A stretch of DNA of 34,219 nucleotides from Octopus bimaculoides (GCF_001194135.2 NC_068988.1:74576658-74610876), one strand, 5' to 3'; positions 10,501 to 22,414 are shown, counted from the stretch's first letter. The notes: a model not told the origin generated them from the sequence alone. Translations and numbers: made by a program.

Positions 10501-11080
10501 CCCTCGCCCCCATCAGACCATCCACGACACACACCAACCTGTGATTTTGCTTGGCTTGATGGGTCTTCTTCTCAAGCATGACATAATGCCATAGGTCTCT
10601 GTCATTGCCTCCATGAGACCCAACATTCAAAGTGAACTCAGCTACTTAGCCTCCATAAGGCCCAACACTCAAAAAGAAATCAGCCACATTGCCTCTGTGA
10701 GGCCTAATGCTTGGAAGGTGCTCTTTATGTGCCACCGACATGGGTGCCAGTTACTTGACACCAGCATCAGCCATGACTATGATTTCACTTGTCTTTGCGG
10801 GTCTTCTCAAGCTAGTCATTGCCTCTGTGAGGCTTCAAGTTTGAAGATCATGCTTCACCACCTCATGCCATGTCTTCCTGGGTCTACCTCTACCATAGGT
10901 TCCATCCACAGTTAGAGATCAGCACTTCTTTACACAGCTGTCCTCGTCCATATGCATCACATGACCATACCAGCACAGTCGTCTCTCTTGTACACCACAT
11001 CTGATGCCTCTTATGCTTAACTTTTCTCTCAAGACGCTTACACTCTGTTGAACATGCACACTGACATGGCACATCCAGTG
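10500..11080 (-). mobile_element. RTE LINE 3' fragment with internal duplications
   Basis: WYGHVM..EDSCVKKC..GRGRPRKT motif homologous to 4320-5045 and 7397-8385. Confidence 0.85.
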
Positions 11081-11084
11081 AACC

Positions 11085-11303
11085 TGTATTTACCCTGAAT
11101 TAGAATAACTTTGAAACAAAAATTCTGCAATAGAATTGATTAAGAATCTTTTCTTCAACTGTGTTCCAAAAATCACATTAATATATCGATAAGTAAAAAC
11201 GTTATAGTTTTTTAATGAAACTAGTCTAAATTCATGATTATTTTAGAATTTAATTGAAACTCATAAGGGGTGTATTTTAGTTAGAAATATAGTAATGAAA
11301 GGG
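11085..11303. mobile_element. Partial piggyBac-type MITE (right end)
   Basis: agtaatgaaaggg+TTAA at 11291-11307, identical to the right TIR at 7384-7396; upstream similarity aaattc..attat..taattgaaa. Confidence 0.55.
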
Positions 11304-11833
11304 TTAAAAGACATATAATTGAGCCAGGATCTGGACAATATATTGCCATGGGTCATAGATTTAACACCCTGAACTAACTTATTCAACCACTGAATAATAT
11401 ATATTTTCATATTTGCCTGTTTAATCTCTGAAGACTATAGTAGTTTCTATTAAATATTTATGGTATCTCCAGCCCTCATTCATTACAGAAGCTATCATGT
11501 GTTACACAAGTAGGGTTTCTTCTTTTTCATAGACAGAAACTAATTCACTCTTGAGTAGCGGCTAAAACTTTACAAACATGACTAATTCCTTTCTAAATTG
11601 CTGATATGTCTGAAAGAAAACAAATACCATACATACACAGTCTTTCTCTTTATTATGCGTGCACACACACAGACATCACTCAATTCAAATTGAATTAACC
11701 CCCCCCCCCAATTTTGAGAGAAATCCAAGGGACTATCTCTCTTCCTCACTTAGATAACCTCTGAAAATGGCCAGAAATAATTTCAGCCATCATTTCTCCC
11801 TAAATGAAGTTAATTAATCATATCATTACTTAC

Positions 11834-11887
11834 TTGTAGGCATTCATTGAATAAACAGCACCATCATAGAACAAAAACTCTGGATCT
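11834..11887 (-). CDS. NCLN: Nicalin internal coding exon (54 nt, phase 2 to 2): (R)DPEFLFYDGAVYSMNAY(N)
   Basis: Acceptor ttctcttttccag|A and donor CAA|gtaagt. Matches recalled human RDPEFVFYDQLKQVMNAYR. Confidence 0.95.
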
Positions 11888-12952
11888 CTGGAAAAGAGAA
11901 CATTTGAAATAATTACTGTCAGCACTGGAATTTCATTACTCAGCTTATTTCATTCAACAATTAATTAATTTGTGGTGGTAATGTTTAAAACAAAGACTAG
12001 CAACAATCCAACCAGCTATTTCTTACTATAACAGTGTACCTGTAACTGGCCAAAAATGTTACTGCTTGCCATGATCCAAACTTGCATCCTGTCTCATACA
12101 AAGAGTGATGGGAAAAGTATAAGACCACTGGAGTCTGTGATAATTCGAAACTTATTTAGATATAGTCATCACACTTGTAGTGCTTGAAGAAGGTTTCACA
12201 GATCTTGTGATATTCTAGAAAGCTGTTTCACTGCTTATCCTTATATTGCATTAGGTGCTGTTGTGCAGCCACCAGGTCAGCAGTTATTACACAGTCCAGT
12301 TGCTATAATTGACTGAATACATGACACACGGTATAAACTGTCAGGTGCTACATCAGAGGGTTAGTTTGAAAGAAATCTGGTTGCTATTTTTAGCAGGTTG
12401 ACTGACCTCATAAAGGTTCCCTTGCTTATTGGCTCATGAATTGTAGGAGCTATGATTCCCAAATATAACTGATCAAGCCATTTCACCTTTCACCAACACT
12501 GATAGATGCCTATATAATGTCAACTACTTACATGTGAGTTGAGATCATTTTCAACTGAATCCACAAAATTAATGACTAAATTCGAAAGCCAAGAGACAAT
12601 ATATGTATTGGTTAAGTGTAGAGGAAATGACTGAATCCACAACAAGCTCTCTAAGACCAATGAGATCTACATGGCATTCTTTTGAACCTTGTCCTACAGA
12701 TGGATGGAGGTAAAACATGGCAGAATGGACCATAAGGATTTAGTGGATAGCAATAGAGGTATGGACATGTGAGTGATGAGAGTAGGGACAGCCTAAGTGG
12801 AGTTGATATGAGACCTGTCATGTTCAAACAACAGAGACCATTGTAGTAGCAACAACAGTAGAAAAGACAGGATCTCTGCAGGTCATTTCTGTGTGTTGGT
12901 GAATACCATGACAATCAAACAGGTGGACTTTTTCGTTGGTTTTATGTATATA

Positions 12953-14202
12953 TCAGGTCATTAAGAATGAAATGCCCCATTTTGAATTGAAAATTTATTT
13001 TACTTTATCACAACAAAAAGCAATGCAGTTAATCAAAGTATGCACCTAAATTATCAACACAATTTTGCCATTTTATTGGTTGCTTATTTATGCTGGCAGC
13101 GAAGAATTCTGAAGAGCAAGAGGCAATGAAATCATGAAAGGCTGTTTTGGCATCTCTTTCAGATTTGAAGTCTTTACCTTATAAAAAGTTGTCTAATGCC
13201 TGGAAAATGTGATAGTCAGTTGGTGCAAGGTCTGGTGAATATGGTGGATGACAGTGTACTTCCAAGTTCAGTTCCTATAACTTGAGTAGCGTTCTTTGTG
13301 TAACATGTGGTCGAGCATTGTCTTGCAAGAGAATTGGCCTGTCTCTATTGACCAATCTCAGTTGTTTAATTGCAAGTTCACTCATCATTTCATCCAATTG
13401 GCTGATGTATACATCCTCTGTAATTGACTTACCAGGTCCCATGAAGCTGTAGTGGATGACACCAGCACTGGACCACCAAACAGACACTGTTAGCTTTTTC
13501 GGTGTATGTTCTTTTTTGGATTGTGTTTTGGCACTTCATCTCTACCCAACTACAATGCAGCACACTTGCTATTGTTGAAAAGAATCCATTTTTCACTACA
13601 CATAACAATACGATGCAAAAAATGGTTTGCTTTTATGCTGTGACAGCAAAGAACAGCAAGTTTCAAGACGACGTATCATTTGATGCTTGTTCAGTTCATG
13701 TGGTACCCACTTGTCCAGCTTCTTTACCTTACCAATTTGTTTCAGATGGTCCTATACAGTTGGAATCAAAACATCAAACTCTGCTGCTAAGTCACACGTA
13801 GTTTGAGATGTATCCACTTCCACTACAGTTTCCAGCTCATCATTATCCACCATGGTCTCAGGTCTACCACAGGGCTGATTTTCAAGAGTAAAGTCACCAG
13901 ACCAACACTTCTCAAACCATCCACATACAATGCACTCATTTGCCACATCTTCACAACTGATGTTTTGAGTTGTCTGGGATGCATTGGTTCCATGAAGGAA
14001 CTCATATTCATAAACAACACGAATTTTTTATCTATCCATGTGTTCACAAAAATTGATTTACATGAGAAAACTCACAATGAATTACATTTCGAAAAGTGAT
14101 GATGTAACTCTTCAAACAGAATTGTCAGGATAAAACATTAGAGTTAATGACTGTTAAACTTGGTGCATAAGAAATTTGGACATTTCATTCTTAATGACCT
14201 GA
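12953..14202 (-). mobile_element. Full-length degenerate mariner (DD34D) transposon, 1250 bp
   Basis: 22-bp identical TIRs tcaggtcattaagaatgaaatg (12953-12974 / 14181-14202) and TA TSD inside a TA run. Confidence 0.96.
13029..14039 (-). pseudogene. Mariner transposase pseudogene
   Basis: HTH region GDFTLENQPCGRP, WVPHEL (13694-13711), LLQDNARPH...YSPDLAPTD with 34-aa D-D spacing, ends GAYFD-stop; multiple stops and frameshifts. Confidence 0.93.
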
Positions 14203-14229
14203 TATATATACGAATCACAAGCATGTCTG

Positions 14230-14596
14230 ATGTCTGTATACTTAGCAGCACTATGCCAGTTGCTTGCATGAGAGACATCACATTTTGTACGGAGACTGTG
14301 TCACAAACCTGGAAGAATTAAAAAGATTAGGGATCTCATGCACATTAAGTCAGTTGGTGGCCAGGAGGAGGATGAAGTGGCTTGGGCATGTGATCAGGTT
14401 GGATCCCTCCCAACTTCCACGCCAGCAACTCCAGTGATGTTCACAGGGTTCCAAAAAGAATTAGCTGATTCCAGCAAAAAACAATTTCATGAGTGATGGC
14501 AAGAGCTGGGATGAGGCTTGAGACATGGCAATTGGCAAAGATGACTGGAAGGTTCTGATAGTCTGATGTTCTTTGAACAGGATAATTTAACAAACT
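14230..14596 (+). mobile_element. Old RTE-like LINE 3' fragment (second RTE family)
   Basis: RRRMKWLGHVIRLDP and S.DEA.DMAIGKDDWKVL C-terminal signature. Confidence 0.65.
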
Positions 14597-15800
14597 AACT
14601 GTCCAAACTTGGGAGTAGTACTCCATTGTGACTCTCACCTGAGTTTCTTTTTAGAAGGTTTGTAGTTGGTAGAGGTTGAAATATTTTCTGGTTCTGAAGA
14701 AAACCAGTTTTTGCTTGGAGTACAACTGGGAAGGGACAGTGTGGGTTTGACAAAGCACCATCATTACAGGCTGACATATTCATCTGTTAGACCAGTGACA
14801 GGAAATATTGCTCCTAAGTCTGCAATGTCACTGTTGTGAAATAAACATTGAAGACCATAATTATAGCTTTTGTTCCCATGTCTGGGTTGTCACTGTTGTT
14901 ATACAGACATCCTATACAACATATGAAAAGTCATTCAGCTGATTGGCAATGACTTACACTCCATCTGCTTTGCTACTGGCATTATTTCTTTTCACTCTAC
15001 TCTTTGTAATACTACTATAATGACCTCTGCTCCTCAGAGCTGTCAATTATTTCCACTCAAGATCACCCGTCCAGACACCCATTCCTAACTCTCATCTCTT
15101 TTTCTTGTCCTTCTTCCCCAGGATATTGAACCTCAGCAATTTCTTCTTGCCTATGATTTTCCACATAGACAACCTTACACATATGTGGTGGGCCTGGGAA
15201 GGCTATGGACATTGTCCCTTTCTTTCTCCCAAAACCTATAAAACAAGGGAACCTATCAAGATTCAGATTTAATGTTGTTACTTATCAAAGAGAAACCTAC
15301 TTCTCATGCCCACCTTTCACTTAATGCCAACCAAACCAGTTTAGTTGAGGCAGTCAACTCCAATAAATTGATTATGAATTTTGATAATCAATTTTTCAAT
15401 CTTGAAAAGTTAAAGAGTGGAATTGAGTGTAAGCACAGGTAGAATTTAGTTCAGCTTTCAACCCTTTTTGCCATGTTCATACCACCTCAAATCAACGAAA
15501 TTAGATTTGTGTTAAAAATTCTGTAATAGTAATAGTAGTAGCAGTGGTAGTAACTCTGGTTGTGGTAGCTGTGGTGGTGGTAACAGTAGCAGTTATGTAA
15601 TCTCTGTATTTCTTCTTAGGCATATTTTAGTTTAACACTGCTTGCAACTAACTGATGCCATGAGCTGAATGTGAGAGAACGATGAGAAAATTACAGCAAA
15701 TAAATAAACTAATTTCCTGCAGATATTTTACTTCTGACAATTGACATACCAGTACAGTGGTTCAAATCTTACAGGGAAACAAACAGATTAATGCAGTCAC

Positions 15801-15964
15801 CTTTTATCAGCCTTCATCCCTGACACACGGACATCTTTGAGATAACGTGACAATGTTTCTTCCAGGTTGGTGATGATGCTGTGATCTTTAGGAATGAGTG
15901 GTGTTGCTCGAGGCTGTGATGTTAGACAATCCAGCCAAGCTGTTATTAAATCTTCTTGAACTTC
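15801..15964 (-). CDS. NCLN: Nicalin internal coding exon (164 nt, phase 0 to 2): EVQEDLITAWLDCLTSQPRATPLIPKDHSIITNLEETLSRYLKDVRVSGMKADK(R)
   Basis: Acceptor ctgtag|GAA and donor AAG|gtgact; only one frame is open. Matches recalled human LTNQPRAAQLVDKDSTFLSTLEHHLSRYLKDVKQHHVKADKR. Confidence 0.95.
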
Positions 15965-16104
15965 CTACAGATATATTCAAGTATTATGAGAAAATAAATT
16001 GGAAATAATGGAAGGAAAGTATTCAATGTGATTTTGCAAATACATATTTGTATTCAATAATACATTTATTTATGTAAAACCAGCATAAAATCAAGTACAA
16101 CATT

Positions 16105-16167
16105 ATATAATAATAATAATAATAATAACAATAATAATAACAATAATAATAATAACAACAACAATAG
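16105..16167. repeat. (TAA/CAA)n microsatellite
   Basis: Direct reading. Confidence 0.9.
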
Positions 16168-16298
16168 GATTTAAGAAACTGCAAAAATATAAAAGAAAAT
16201 TGTTAATTGTTTCTTAATATCAATCATTGCAGGACGCTGAAATATTTTTCTCATATATGAAACATAGTTGCTGCTAAGCGCATTGCTACAGCAAGATA

Positions 16299-16660
16299 CA
16301 TCATCATCACCATCGTTTAACGTCCGCCTTCCATGCTAACATGGGTGGGACAGTTTTACAAGAGCTGGCCAGGCAGAAGCCTACACCAGACTTTTGTAAC
16401 TGTTTTGGTAGGATTTTTACAGATGGATGCCCTTCCTAACACCAACCACTGAGCTGAGTGGACTTAGTGCTTTTTACATGGCACAAGCACAGGCGAAGTG
16501 AGTAGTGCTTTTTACGTGGCACAAGCACAGGCGAGGTTTTGGCGAGGTTTTTACAGCTGGATGCCCTTCCAAACACCAACCACTTTACAGTGTGGACTCG
16601 GTGCTTTTAAGTGGCACCTGCACTGACAGGGTTACCAAGTACTTGCAAGACAAAAAAAAA
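16299..16660 (-). mobile_element. RTE-family 3' UTR/tail element with internal duplications
   Basis: catcatcatcaccatcgtttaacgtcc..ttccatgct tail; ctggatgcccttcc.aacaccaaccact and gtgctttttac.tggcac each duplicated. Confidence 0.8.
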
Positions 16661-16800
16661 AACCTTTTCAAGAGGGACGGAGGCATTGAAGGAGGTGATG
16701 GAGGAGGCATTGGAGGAGGTGATCTTGTGTTGGATGATGAAAAGATTATAGTGAGACAGATACAGGTGTCTTGCTGTAGAAGAAGTACAAGGTTACCTGG

Positions 16801-16802
<2 letters not shown>

Positions 16803-16870
<68 letters not shown>
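16803..16870. repeat. (AG)n microsatellite
   Basis: Direct reading; generates the spurious RERE/SLSL ORFs. Confidence 0.97.
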
Positions 16871-16873
<3 letters not shown>

Positions 16874-17339
16874 AGGAACAAAGATAGAAACAGATGCGCT
16901 ACTGCAAAGGAAATACACGGTTACCCAACCTGAAAAAAGCGCAGGAGAAGGAGAGAGAGTGGGAGACAGCAGAATAGAGATGGTGGCAAAATGCCAGGCA
17001 TACTCACAAGGAACAGGGATCAGAATGTAAATGGGATGGTTGAGTAAAGGAAAAGAGAGATATAGATGTGTATAAAAATATAAACAACACAGGGAGATGT
17101 GATATACCTATACAAGAATTGAAACAATGCATGAGAATGTGATGACCCTACAGAAAAAAACTGAATATAAATAATAATTGTATATGCAGTCTCATTTCTA
17201 CACAAATACACATAATGTAATGTTTATGTAGTTCACACACATACTCGTACAACATTTCATACATGAACAAGACAACATAGAACACGCAATGTTTAAACAA
17301 ATTAAAAAAAGACAAATAATAACAACAATAAATATAAGA

Positions 17340-19478
17340 TGTGACACGTCTCATTTTAAACAGAGAGAAAAAGCAGATATGTTTGGTAATAGAACTTAGC
17401 AAACAAATAGAGGTGAATTTCTATCAATGAGTCTCTGGTGCTCACGATATGAAAAGCTCTATGAAAGGATAAATAGATACAACAGAACCCTACACGTGAT
17501 AATGACCATGTCAAAAGATACACTAGATATCAACAAACTAAACGACTTGATCTACTCAACAGCTGTAGTGATATTCAGGGAAACCGGACTCGACCCTTAC
17601 CAAGATAAAAATTTTTAAAAAAAAACAGCCAAATCTCAAACCCCAAAATAGAAACAGATCATAATAAATAAAATTCAAAAACAAAAGAAAGACTTATCAC
17701 TACTTTATGAATTAGAAAAAGAGGGATCAAATATGAAAAATAAAAAAAAAGAGCCATATAATGAAACAATACTATATAAAAAATAAAGAAGATACCTGGG
17801 AGGTAAAAGAAAACATTAGGCAGGGCATAGTAATAAAAACTTGCCTCATACAATGGTACGAAAAACAGGAATGCTTCTTCTAACAAAATAGAGAATTCAA
17901 AATAAACACAAAATGTTTTTACAGAAAGTTAAACAAAAAAACTATATCAATATATGCAATGCCAACAACATATGCAATTCGGTCATACTGGGAAGCAATA
18001 TGGAGCAAACAAAAAAAAAAAAAAACACACCAAAAATGCTGAGTGGATTAAAAGGGAAAAGGATTGGAAGTACAGCATTAAAGAATGACTCACAAGTTAT
18101 TAAAACCTATCTTACACCCCATAAGAAGAGAGATTTTCCAAGGAGACTCGCTTTTCCCCTGCTTTTTTGCCTTTCTCTGACCCCACTAACAAACTTGTTA
18201 AACAAAACCACCATGGGTTATAGGTGCTATGGACAAACAATAAACCATCTCTTATACATGGATGACTTAAAAATTTTCACTAAAAGCACCATAGTTTCAG
18301 CAAAGTCATCGGAATGAGCATGAGTCTGGAGAAATGTGCCAGAGTCACAATGAAAAGAGGCAAATTAATCAGCACTGAAAACACTACACTTGACATAGAC
18401 ACAGAAATCAGAGAATTAGACTACAATCGCCCATACAAATATCTAGGAATAGATGAAAGAGCTAAAATACAACACACAGAAATGAAAGAGAAAGTTAGGA
18501 GAGAATATTACAGAAGAGTCAGACTAATATTAAGCGCTGAACTTAATGCTAAAAGTAAGATAATAGGGATAAACATGCTAGCCATACCAGTCATAAGTTA
18601 CAGCTTCAACATAATAAACTAGAAGATCAGTGAATTGAGAAACTTAGAAAACCAGAAAACTATTAACAGCATACCTAAGTCACCACTCCAAAGCAGACAC
18701 AGACAGAAAATATCTACCCTGCTCAGAAGGAGGCCGTGGCCTGATACAGAACAATTATAAAATAACAACAGTTGGACTAGAAAAGTACTTAAAAACAAAA
18801 AGTGGAAGACTACTACACGTAATAAAGCAACATGAGAAATAGAAAATGCTTTTCTCTATACACAAGGAGGTAACAAAAAAACAAAGCAAAAACAAACTAC
18901 ACTGACACACTGACCACAGCAAAATGGTCAGAGAGATAAAAAAAAAAAAACATGAAAACAGAATTACAAAACATACTAAAGAAGAAAAGGAGAGAAAAAT
19001 CACTCCATGGCCAACACCCTGCAAGGCATGACAGAGAAGAAGTGAGTCTAAGTAAAAGCCAACGATGGCTCAAAAGCTCTGAACTAAAAGCTGAAACGGA
19101 AGAACTGATTCTTGCTGCACAAGACAAAGAAAACAGGCCCTAACACCAATTGCAGAATGTACAACCAACACAACGAGACAGTTGACCACATCATCTCTGG
19201 CTGTCCAGTTCTTCCAAATCTGAATATGTATACAGACATGACCTAGTAAGTAGATATATCCACTGGACAATATACTGCCAACACTACAACATAAGAATTG
19301 ACAAGAAATAGTATAAATATGTACCAAATAAGGTACAAGACAATGACTAGGTCACAATCACACAGGAAATGCCAGTTCAAACTGATAAAGAAATAAAAGA
19401 TAATCACCCAGACATAATAATTAAGGATCGGGAAAAAAAAACACCTACTTACTGATAGACATTGCAGACCCTTCTGAT
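17340..19478 (+). mobile_element. Degenerate R4/Dong-clade (RLE) non-LTR retrotransposon, internally deleted
   Basis: FQGDSL.PLLFCLSL, NHLLYMDDLKIF, YKYLG, GGRGL, ELKAETE..I.AAQD, ETVDHIISGCP knuckle, NHPDIIIKD endonuclease; N-terminal half of RT missing near 18110. Confidence 0.9.
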
Positions 19479-19765
19479 CATTTCCTCTGTGAGGCCCAAC
19501 ATCCTGAGATCGGTCCTTACCACTTCATCCCACATCTTCCTGGGTCTCCTGCTTCCAGGAAGATGTGGGATGAAGTGGTAAGTTGGTTCTCTGACGATGA
19601 ATTTATGTGCATTTTCCAGCACCTCTTACTTCTTCGGAGTAGAGTGCCCTCCTGAATAACCTGATTAACTAAGTTGTGTCCTACACCACTGAAAGTTTGA
19701 ATAATCTCAGCAGTGATTCCCGATGGCCCAGGGGCTTTCCCTATCTTCATCTCCTTAATTGCCTT
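19479..19765 (-). mobile_element. Rearranged RTE fragment (KAPGPSGITAE region joined through a palindrome to the 3' end)
   Basis: ORF 19517-19750 MKIGKAPGPSGITAE..LVNQVIQEG; 3' segment RKMWDEVVR..LGLTEEM; 28-bp perfect fold-back at 19516-19582. Confidence 0.8.
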
Positions 19766-19782
19766 ATCTATTATGCTACATG

Positions 19783-20110
19783 GTTCCAGATTGAGTTCTG
19801 TTGTGTGGTACCTTGGACAAGTGTCTTCTACTATAGCCCCAGGTCAACCAAAGGTTTGTGAGTGAATTTGGTAGATGGAAACTGTAAGATGCTTATCATA
19901 TGTGTATGTTTGTATCTGTTTGCTCCCACCACTGCTTAACTGGTGTTGGTGTGTTTATGTCCCCATAACTTAGAGCTCCAGCAAGAGATGCTGCAGAATA
20001 AATAGCAGACTTGAAAAAAAAAAAGTACTGGTGTTGTTTCATTTTATTAAAATTCAAAGTGGTGCCCCAATATGGCTACAGTCTAATAACTGAAAAAAGT
20101 AAAAGATGAA
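19783..20110 (+). mobile_element. SINE family A, diverged, head truncated
   Basis: ccttggacaagtgtcttctactatagcc..tttggtagatggaaactg..ggtgccccaatatgg..ctgaaaaaagtaaaaga. Confidence 0.85.
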
Positions 20111-20498
20111 AGATAGACAAATAGTAGGATGGATGGATGGATGGATATGTGATTCATTCTTTTTTCTTTTTTGTTTCATTATTTGTGCATGTACACTTTG
20201 TTTCTCTGATTGGTTATAGCACAATTTCAATTATTTATCATTCAAAGATTTCAACATTTCTAAAACATCATTGTACAATCAAAAACAAAATTTATATTAT
20301 CCATTATTTTGGAAACTGTACTAAAACAAAATTATTCGCAAATAATATTTCTTTTGACTAAAGTAACTTTTCCAAGAAGCTACATCTTCAAGTCAATAAC
20401 CCCATAGCTTACTTACAGTCATACTGATTAACAAACATTCAGCAAATTTATTAGAAATTGGTAAAAATATATTTTATAAATATTAACAGCATTGGCAC

Positions 20499-22369
20499 TG
20501 TTATGAACTATAATATTTTATCATTAATTCTAAACTAGTAAATAGTTGATAAAAATACAGAAATCATATTTTGTATTGAGTACTAAAATGTGGTGCAGTG
20601 TCAAATGACAATGGATGGATACTGTCTTTACCTAATATAAAACAATGCATCTTAATCATAGGGCAGCTATGATTAACAGATCAGGTGGCGAGCTGAACAA
20701 AGCTTGAATAAAAGCCTTCTTTTGAATTGGCTTACAACAATTTTATTCAAAGTTTGTCTAAATAGATGCCAAAGTGTTCAACAGGACTCTACCAGACGAC
20801 CCAACTGAGGAAGATTACATTTACTGGAAACAAATGCTATACATCTACATAGTAAAAGCAAAAGTTCCATATGAATCCAAACAGGAGATACTTTTATCCT
20901 CTTTGGAGCAAAGACTTACCCCATTGTTGAAGAATCCGAAACCTTCAAGGCAGTAAGAGAATGCCTGAACTCCAAGTTTATAAAGAAAGGTTCAGCCATA
21001 ATGATGTGTCATAAGCTACAAACTTACAGACAAAATGAAAACGAGTCTAGAGAGGAATTTATGTTGAGCCTTCGGGTGCTGGTCAAGAAGTGTAAAATCC
21101 AAGCCCTAACTGCAGACTATTGCTGAGTAATTCTAATGGTTGATGCCTTTGTGGCTGGGCTACAATCACCATTAATCGGGCAAAGACTTCTTGAATCATC
21201 AGAGAACAGTTTAGAAATGCTCTATAAGCTTGCTCAAACCATGGAGGTGACTACTGAGGTCACTTGAAACCTATAACAAGGCTCAGCTGGTAACTATCAA
21301 CCACCCCTTTGTGCAGCCAGGAAATCAGCATGCTTTTGGTGCAGTGGAGACATCCATAAACAAATTTAAAAATCAATGCCCAGCGAGAAACTCCCCTTGC
21401 ACAAGGTGTCAGAAGGCCACTGGGAGAAGGTCTTCCTCTTTAAAAAGTCACCAAGAAACAGTAATGAAATTTTATCATCCATCATTTTAGCAGACACATA
21501 TGGTATAGGAGGCTGGTACCTGTTAAGATTAAGGGTAACAATGCCCAGGCACTTCTAGACATGGGTTTGACAGGACATTTATAGAAGCAAATTTTCTTGC
21601 AACCTGGGGATTACAATATGATCATACCCACTCAGAAAAAGTTAGCCTGGCCAACAATACAGCACTGGAAATTAAAGGCAAATTAAGTAGCAAACTACAA
21701 CTGGGAAGGTAGCTGAAACATCTGGCATAACCATCAACAAAGGGAAGAGTCAATTCTCTCAGAAGCAAATGAGCTTTCTTGGACACATTATCTGAAATTC
21801 AACAATAAAACCTAATCCTTTTAAGGTACCAGGCTCTACTGGATATGCCAGAACCAAGAACAATGAGAGAACTAAATCAGATGATAGGCATTTTCGCATA
21901 TTATGCAAAGTTGACACCTCAGTGCTTCCACCTCACCATTACATTTACAAAGGTCAGAGAGAATGTTAATAAAGCCAGACTACCAGAAGTAAAAACAGCA
22001 TCCAGGGTGGCAAGCTGACAGTATCATTAGCACACCAGGCATAATGCTTAGCATCATTTTGTCCACCTTCACATTCTAAGTTCAATTCAGCCAAGGTCGA
22101 CTTAGCCTTTCATCTTAAATTTTCGTAAACCAATTCAAAAGAAGGCTTTTATTCAAACTTTGTTCTGCTTGCTGTCTGATCCATTAATCATAACTGCCCA
22201 ACAATTAAGACATGTTATTTTATATGAAGTAAAGACAGCATCCATCCATCAACATCATTTGACACTGCACTGCACTATCATACTCAATACAAAATATGAC
22301 TTCTATAATTTTATCTACTATTTACTATTGTAGAAAGAAATTAATGAAAGAATATTATAGTTCATAACA
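20499..22369 (+). mobile_element. Gypsy/Ty3 relic (gag, double CCHC, protease, partial RT; ~20760-21950) flanked by ~240-bp inverted LTR-like repeats (20499-20739, 22125-22369)
   Basis: MVDAFVAGLQSPLIGQRLLE; CFWCSGDIH..CPARNSPCTRCQK.GHW; ALLDMG; GITINKGKSQFSQKQMSFLGHII. Repeats are roughly 80% identical by manual alignment, TGTT..AACA ends, flanks GGCAC/AGCAC. Confidence 0.8.
22004..22115 (+). mobile_element. tRNA-derived SINE family B (Nin/Deu-domain-like) head
   Basis: ggtggcaagctgacag..tgcttagc..ctaagttcaattc..aggtcgacttagccttttcatc. Confidence 0.8.
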
Positions 22370-22414
22370 AGCACAAAGCCTCACATTTTCAAGGAAGGAC
22401 ATAGTTGAGTAAAT

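Noticed and set aside
12700-12736. Asp-box-like DGGKTW peptide
   Set aside because: Followed by a stop within a few codons, with no donor site or repeat context.
14595-14630. NGVLLPSL match to NELF-B
   Set aside because: Isolated 8-mer followed by a stop, with no splice support or flanking similarity; expected by chance.
15090-15240. Strong plus-strand polypyrimidine acceptor with open frame DIEPQQFLLAY..
   Set aside because: Antisense to NCLN, no convincing donor, no recognised homology.
16505-16933. Long ORFs with RERE/SLSL, YIYI or THT runs (also 32113-32526 and 33077-33466)
   Set aside because: They are translations of (AG)n, (TA)n and (TG)n microsatellites.
20499-22369. DIRS element (inverted terminal repeats)
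   Set aside because: An aspartic-protease motif and Gypsy-type gag/RT are present, and no tyrosine recombinase is seen.
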